Shown: in pieces, positions 58,671-64,000 of the stretch
Numbering within the stretch: position 1 is the stretch's first letter
Layout: every line of letters starts with the position of its first letter
Assembly (NCBI GenBank): GCA_964035545.1
Contig: OZ037766.1
Span: 28,255,673 to 28,319,672 of the forward strand
Direction: 5' to 3'
Length of the DNA: 64,000 bases
From: Bugula neritina
Taxonomy: Eukaryota > Animalia > Bryozoa
Position numbers and translations under genes: made by a program
The notes under the pieces: model-generated
What the model was told of the DNA's origin: nothing
The model's input: only the letters and a program-made list of their open reading frames with translations
The model's database searches: none

Positions 58671-60047
58671 TCATGGTGAAGTAACAGTGTTGAAAACCGT
58701 AAAATCTTCTCCCCATTTTGGTAACTGGTAGTATTCAAGATGCTTATTAGCTTCAGAAATCATAGTTGAAGTGATTTGGAGTTGCTTTACCTTCAACTTG
58801 TTTCTGTCACCATGCGTGTTCTTTTGACTATCTATTTTTAAAGCTTGACTCATTAACATCTGTCTTTCTTCTGTCAGCTCTAAATTTAAACATTTGAATA
58901 AAGATTCGATAAACTTGTTTTGATTGGCTATCAAGTGTTCATATTTAAAGGCTGAGATCCTCTCATCCCCCTCCTTTTTTATATTAAAGTTTCTGTAGTG
59001 AAAGGCATTCTCGCACCAGGCTATAACACAGGCTATGAAACTAGGTGCTTCTTTAGAAAGGTTTCTTCGGTTAAATATCCACTGGATATGGTCTGAGGAT
59101 GAGCAGCTGGCAAACTTCAAAGACAGAGATTTAATGCTCGGAAGTAAGTTTGACAAGATTGGATGACAGTGCACTGTGTGTGTTAATTTCAGCTGAACAT
59201 TGATGTCTTGTATAAGTTTGCACATAGATGAAACTTGTTCTCTAACTTCCCTATACAAATATATATTATTAAATTCAGGAAAGAGTTCATTGAGTAGAAC
59301 AATGTCATCTGGCAGGCACATTGGAATTGCTTTCAAGAACACTATTTTTCCGTTTGTTATACTTGGCTTGAGCAGTATTCGAACTGCACTCCTATAAGCA
59401 ACCAAATATTCTTTTGACTTCGGCCAATCAATCTCAAAGTGCTTAAACTTTTTCTCTAAGAATTTCTGTTTCAAAGAGAAAAAGCACATTGGTTCTGCCA
59501 TAGCCAAAACATCTGGTAAAGAGTTAAATGCTTGAGCCAGGGCAGTGGAGCCACATCTTCCAGTGCTGTGCACCCAGATGACCTTTGACCTAGGATTTCC
59601 TAACTTATTAGCCAACCTAATGAAAGAATTTATGGGCATCACAAGAATATGTTCCGCAGTTTGAAATTCAGCTATATATAAAAATGGCCATTTCCTGACA
59701 TTGTAAATATCTTCTTGTGGTGAGAAAACTCCAAAGATAGCCTCTTTATCATTGACAGCTAGAAGCGTTACATGTTTTCCTAGAGCATACTCGGGGTTTA
59801 CAAACTTCACATGAGTGGTTAAAAAATGGTGAAGTTGTGGAATAGTTAGAGGAGATGGTTTGCATTTACTCCAGACTCTGAGACACTGGACTGACATATC
59901 ATATAGGTCGTCATGGTAACATTCGTTTATGTGTTTCTGCACTCCAGATAGTTTCCACCAAACTTTTTGACAAGTTTTAAACAAGGCAAATACTGTCAGC
60001 TGAATCAAGTAGATCATGAAGGTCCCATAAGGTTTGAGTATTGCCAT
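58671..60047 (-). CDS. Sulfotransferase-like P-loop protein, 458 aa, single coding exon
   Basis: 5'-PSB-like VIWVHSTGRCGSTALAQAF, then AEP, 3'-PB-like YLYREVREQVSS and FKYEHL. The N-terminal segment is hydrophobic. Confidence 0.75.
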   Translation of the reverse strand: MAILKPYGTFMIYLIQLTVFALFKTCQKVWWKLSGVQKHINECYHDDLYDMSVQCLRVWSKCKPSPLTIPQLHHFLTTHVKFVNPEYALGKHVTLLAVNDKEAIFGVFSPQEDIYNVRKWPFLYIAEFQTAEHILVMPINSFIRLANKLGNPRSKVIWVHSTGRCGSTALAQAFNSLPDVLAMAEPMCFFSLKQKFLEKKFKHFEIDWPKSKEYLVAYRSAVRILLKPSITNGKIVFLKAIPMCLPDDIVLLNELFPEFNNIYLYREVREQVSSMCKLIQDINVQLKLTHTVHCHPILSNLLPSIKSLSLKFASCSSSDHIQWIFNRRNLSKEAPSFIACVIAWCENAFHYRNFNIKKEGDERISAFKYEHLIANQNKFIESLFKCLNLELTEERQMLMSQALKIDSQKNTHGDRNKLKVKQLQITSTMISEANKHLEYYQLPKWGEDFTVFNTVTSP

Positions 60048-61918
60048 GTCATTAACGTCAGCACGATATTCACCAAGACTCTACAATAAATTGAAACTAA
60101 TATATCAAAATGTATGAATATTTTTAACAAATTTTTATAATCACATTGGATAAAGAAGATGTTAACTATTTTATGATTTATATGTACCCCTACATAATTT
60201 TTCCTTATTATTATAAAAACACCTTTCAATTCATGTAATGCCAATGATCAATTATAATTAAGGACTAAAAATAATTTATTTGTAAAACATTTAAAGTAAA
60301 GATAATTAAATTGAGTCAGTAGCTACAACAAAGAATTTCTTGCCATACAATATTATAGAGCACGTTTATTCTTACCTTCTATACCAATTAGCAGTATATA
60401 GATTGTTTGACTAAAAGATATGTCAGTGTTATAGTCAGTTGCACCTGTTACAATTTAGGCTCATCCACCTTGAAATATAACATATTATTATAAAAGTGGA
60501 CTGTATATAATGCTAATCTTAAACTCAAACTGCAAGGATTTCAAAGAAGCAAATTAAATTCATGGCTTTTCGCTGGCACCAGCAGAATATTTGTTAAATA
60601 TAAATGCTAAAATATGGTACTTTAGAGAAAATAAAAGCAAAAGTAGCTATGGGTATATTATATGTGCTGTAAATATTAATCAAAAACCCATTGATCAACC
60701 CTTAGCTCTAACAATAGTTATTGGGAGAATCACAATGACCATTTCCTGTTTGAATATTTGTTTAATTTGCTCACCAAACCTACTTTAAAGCACCAGTCAT
60801 GCGTTTTAAGCAGCTTGAAAAGTACCAAGTCATCAAACACAAGCTATAAAGATAACTGCTTGAGAGCAATTGAACGGAAGAAGCTATGCAAGTCCTCTTC
60901 TATATACATATACTAGAATCAAGTTAAGTTTTAAAGATGTCATTTACGTGCATAATTAATATAACAATCTGTAAACTTTTGATGCAAGTTGGAAATTTTA
61001 TTTGCATGTTGGCCAAAGAGTTATTTGATTGCAATAGCCAATAACTAATTTATTGCAAAGAACTGCTACAAGGCAATTGAATCAACATGTAAAGGTGTGT
61101 TTTTAATTGAGTTCATTAGATAAGCCATTGAGAAAGAATAAGCTGTTTAGTGATGTGATCTATTATTAAAAAGTGTAGATAATACAAAAACAATAGTTTT
61201 GCAAATTGCTAAACCTGCTGTATAACTTTTATTCAATCATCTTTCAAAGTTAAAAGTTTTCATGCAACTATATTGAACCAAATTGAATATAATTAAAATT
61301 TTATTATACCTTTATATTGATTATAGTAAAAATAATAGAGAGGAGAAAAGCTCTCATGCAAGACTAAATTCCATTTAGGAGCTAAATTTGTTTATATTAT
61401 TTATGTGATAGCAGTATCTGCTGTGTAGCTTATTTGCAGGCAGGGCTAAAAAGCTGGTTTATTTGGAGTTGTCTTTTTTTAAAAACAGTAAACTTGGTAT
61501 GGAAATATTACTGCTGATTCGTATTCTTTCCATGTGGTCTAACGCAATAAACAGCCATTTGAATTGCATGGAAACACAATGGCTGAGGATGGAGTTGCAA
61601 TGCTTATATAACCTTCAGTTAATCATCATTTATGTGAATGATGAAGATTACCAGAACATTTGTGAAAGTTCTGGCAATGCTATAGTCAAAAAGAAACAAT
61701 GTATGCTTGACGTCTTAATGATGCACTTTTTACAGCGTTTGATCTCTTCATTGGTGCAATGCTAGTAACGTGTTGTGCAAAGGCTTAGTGAGTTTCAAAA
61801 TTAAGTGCATTTTATAAGGACTTTGACAACACTTCATCAGGCATGTTGGTAGGGGACCTGTAAGCTATAACTTGATGATAAATGGTTTGATGCAATAAAA
61901 CTTTTATATCACTTTGTC

Positions 61919-63739
61919 CAGGGATGTAGTGGCAAAAATATTCTAGGCCATACTCTGAGGCCGGGGTCCAAGGGGCCGCCCAGGCCCCCGGCGGGGTCCG
62001 GGGCAGCGCCCCTGCCGCCGAAGCTCTCAGAGCACTTCTGATGCAAATTTATGCAATTTAAAGCCATTGTGAATTATAATTCTTCTGAAAAAAATCTGTG
62101 TTGAAATGTGCACCTCGCTATTATTTTCATACCATACCAGCTATATGACGACTGGGCATTGCTGCAAACTATATAAATATTCAGTATTGTCCCATACCTG
62201 TTGACTGTAATGTAATGTAATGTAGTCTTACTCAACTGCAGTTAGATTTGTTCTGACACTAAGTCCAACCCGTACAGAAAAATTGCTAAATATCTCAAAA
62301 AGATGGAAGGATAGAGGCAGGTAACAAGTGCTCTCCAAATGCAACCTGATTACTTCAAATAACTAATACACTGCACACTAATACACTGCACAAAAAAAGA
62401 ATAATAGATCAGAACAAAGGAAGATTGCTAATCAAAAGATGTGTGTTGGTTATTTATAAAGAGCAATTTGAATTGATAACTCATTGGCAAGCAGAAATTG
62501 GTTGAAAACCTGTTTGGAGTTTCATAGGGTACTAGTCTAATCCATAAGGTGATACCGCCACACCTCCTTACACACAATAACGCACACCCAAGAAGAGTAT
62601 TTTAACTTGGTTTTAAAATAAAACCCCTGAGCTTCCACTAGATACATCAAGGAAATATACCCCAAAAGAAGAAATTTTACAGGTTTAATATGTGTTAACC
62701 TAGAAGATGATTAAATGTAAAGCCAGACATTGGTACTATCAAACATAAAAGGTTACTTATAGTGGTGTACAGTTTGCAAAACCTTATTGCATTGATAATT
62801 AACATGCAATAACGCTAGGTTTTTGACCAAAATGTGGATATAGTACCTGTAGACCTCAGTGATACATTTTCATTAGCCTCTCCTACACACCTGGTACTGT
62901 TTCTTGAATACAATTTGATTTTATTTCTGGATTTCATGTAGGTTTTTTCCAAATTCCATTGCTTATCGACAAAATGCAAGTCCACACAAGATAGATAAGG
63001 GCAACCTTCTAGCTGTCACTGCCTTGCTGAAGCCACGGTATTGGTATATTATAAGAATTCAGTCCAGCCAAATAAAACCTCACTTAATTGTGCTAGAATT
63101 AAAATTTAAACACCAAGTTTTAGAGCTTCCTGTTCCTCAGAGCATCTGCCTTTTTGAGATTTCAATATTTTTTTGCAAAGTTATAAACAAAAATCTACCC
63201 ATTTTTGGCCAATTTTAGCTGAAAAGTTTATTTTTCAATCCCTGCCAAATATCTCAGCAGGAAAGCATGGTATTCGAATAGAACAAACACTGTCAGAAAC
63301 CTGAGAAATTTATGTATGGCAAATTTTTTGATCTTTTCAATAGCCTTCATAGATTTTCTAAAAGTTAGTGATTTATACACCGAAAATGAAAGATTTTCTC
63401 CTTAGTAATCACCAATGCACAGCACTTCGCGCTTCAGTGAACACGTAGTGATAAGAAGATGGAATGTTGATAGCTGCTTATTATTCCCAGTGTAATCTCA
63501 GGCTAAACAATCACAAGTAGGCAACACGCATGCCACCCACATAGCATTAACATAACAACAACTTAAATTAGATTGTGAGCGAAATTTATGATATTCTCAG
63601 TGAGGATGCCCAAACTATCCTGTGTACTAATCATCTTTCAAAAATAATTATGCCCATACGGGCGTATGGCCTAGAACAGTCTAATTTCTTCTAGGCCATA
63701 CGGCGTATGGGACCGTATGGGTACCACTATACATCCCTG
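61919..63739 (-). mobile_element. hAT-superfamily DNA transposon, non-autonomous or degenerate, 1821 bp
   Basis: Perfect 8-bp TSD ACTTTGTC at 61911-61918 and 63740-63747. TIRs CAGGGATGTA(TA)GTGG. Decayed transposase remnants on the minus strand: PYLSCVDLHFVDKQWNLE at ~62950-63005 and PAS..PS at ~62300-62325. Confidence 0.85.
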
Positions 63740-64000
63740 ACTTTGTCTTTCTGAGACAGTTTTGTAAAAAAGTTGTAAATCACTCTACCCTAGTACTTTA
63801 TCGCTTGCTGGTATTCAAGTTATTTCGATTAATCAGTTTCCATGGTTACAGTGAACAGAAATTATGTCACCTGGCATGATGTAAACAAAAATATATTTAT
63901 GATGCAAGGTCCTTTATTGAATGGTAATTGGCTGATGGTTTGCATTACGTCTCATTTATCATTTTGATATGAAGTGTGCATGTTTCCTTTTTTGCAGCTG

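Noticed and set aside
61463-61765. 100-aa ORF
   Set aside because: TTG start and no recognisable motif; probably a decayed repeat.

Overview
AT-rich, intron-rich animal (invertebrate) genomic DNA. A lophotrochozoan such as a bryozoan is a guess only. It is not prokaryotic: there are no operons, CRISPR arrays or rRNA. Gene models were assembled by hand from GT-AG junctions and checked for frame. In order: the last exon of an unidentified gene (+); a 4-exon single-pass membrane protein (+); LIPT2 (-); a GPI-anchored Ly6/uPAR protein (+); a Ser/Pro/Arg-rich gene with two overlapping reading frames open across four exons (-); a ~19-20-exon VWA5A-like VIT-vWA gene (-); DRC9/IQCG (-); a 4-exon orphan (-); a ~1010-aa GlnD/DUF294-type nucleotidyltransferase-TPR gene (-); and a single-coding-exon sulfotransferase-like gene (-). 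Mobile elements are a hAT derivative with an 8-bp TSD, a LINE RT fragment, a foldback/MULE-like MITE and tRNA-derived SINE-like pieces. Micro- and minisatellites are numerous. Three signals stand out: (1) a ~1-kb 17-bp minisatellite in the last VWA5A intron whose sense strand carries ~45 perfect let-7 8mer sites, a candidate natural let-7 sponge; (2) the dual-coding gene; (3) the TPR-sensor nucleotidyltransferase.
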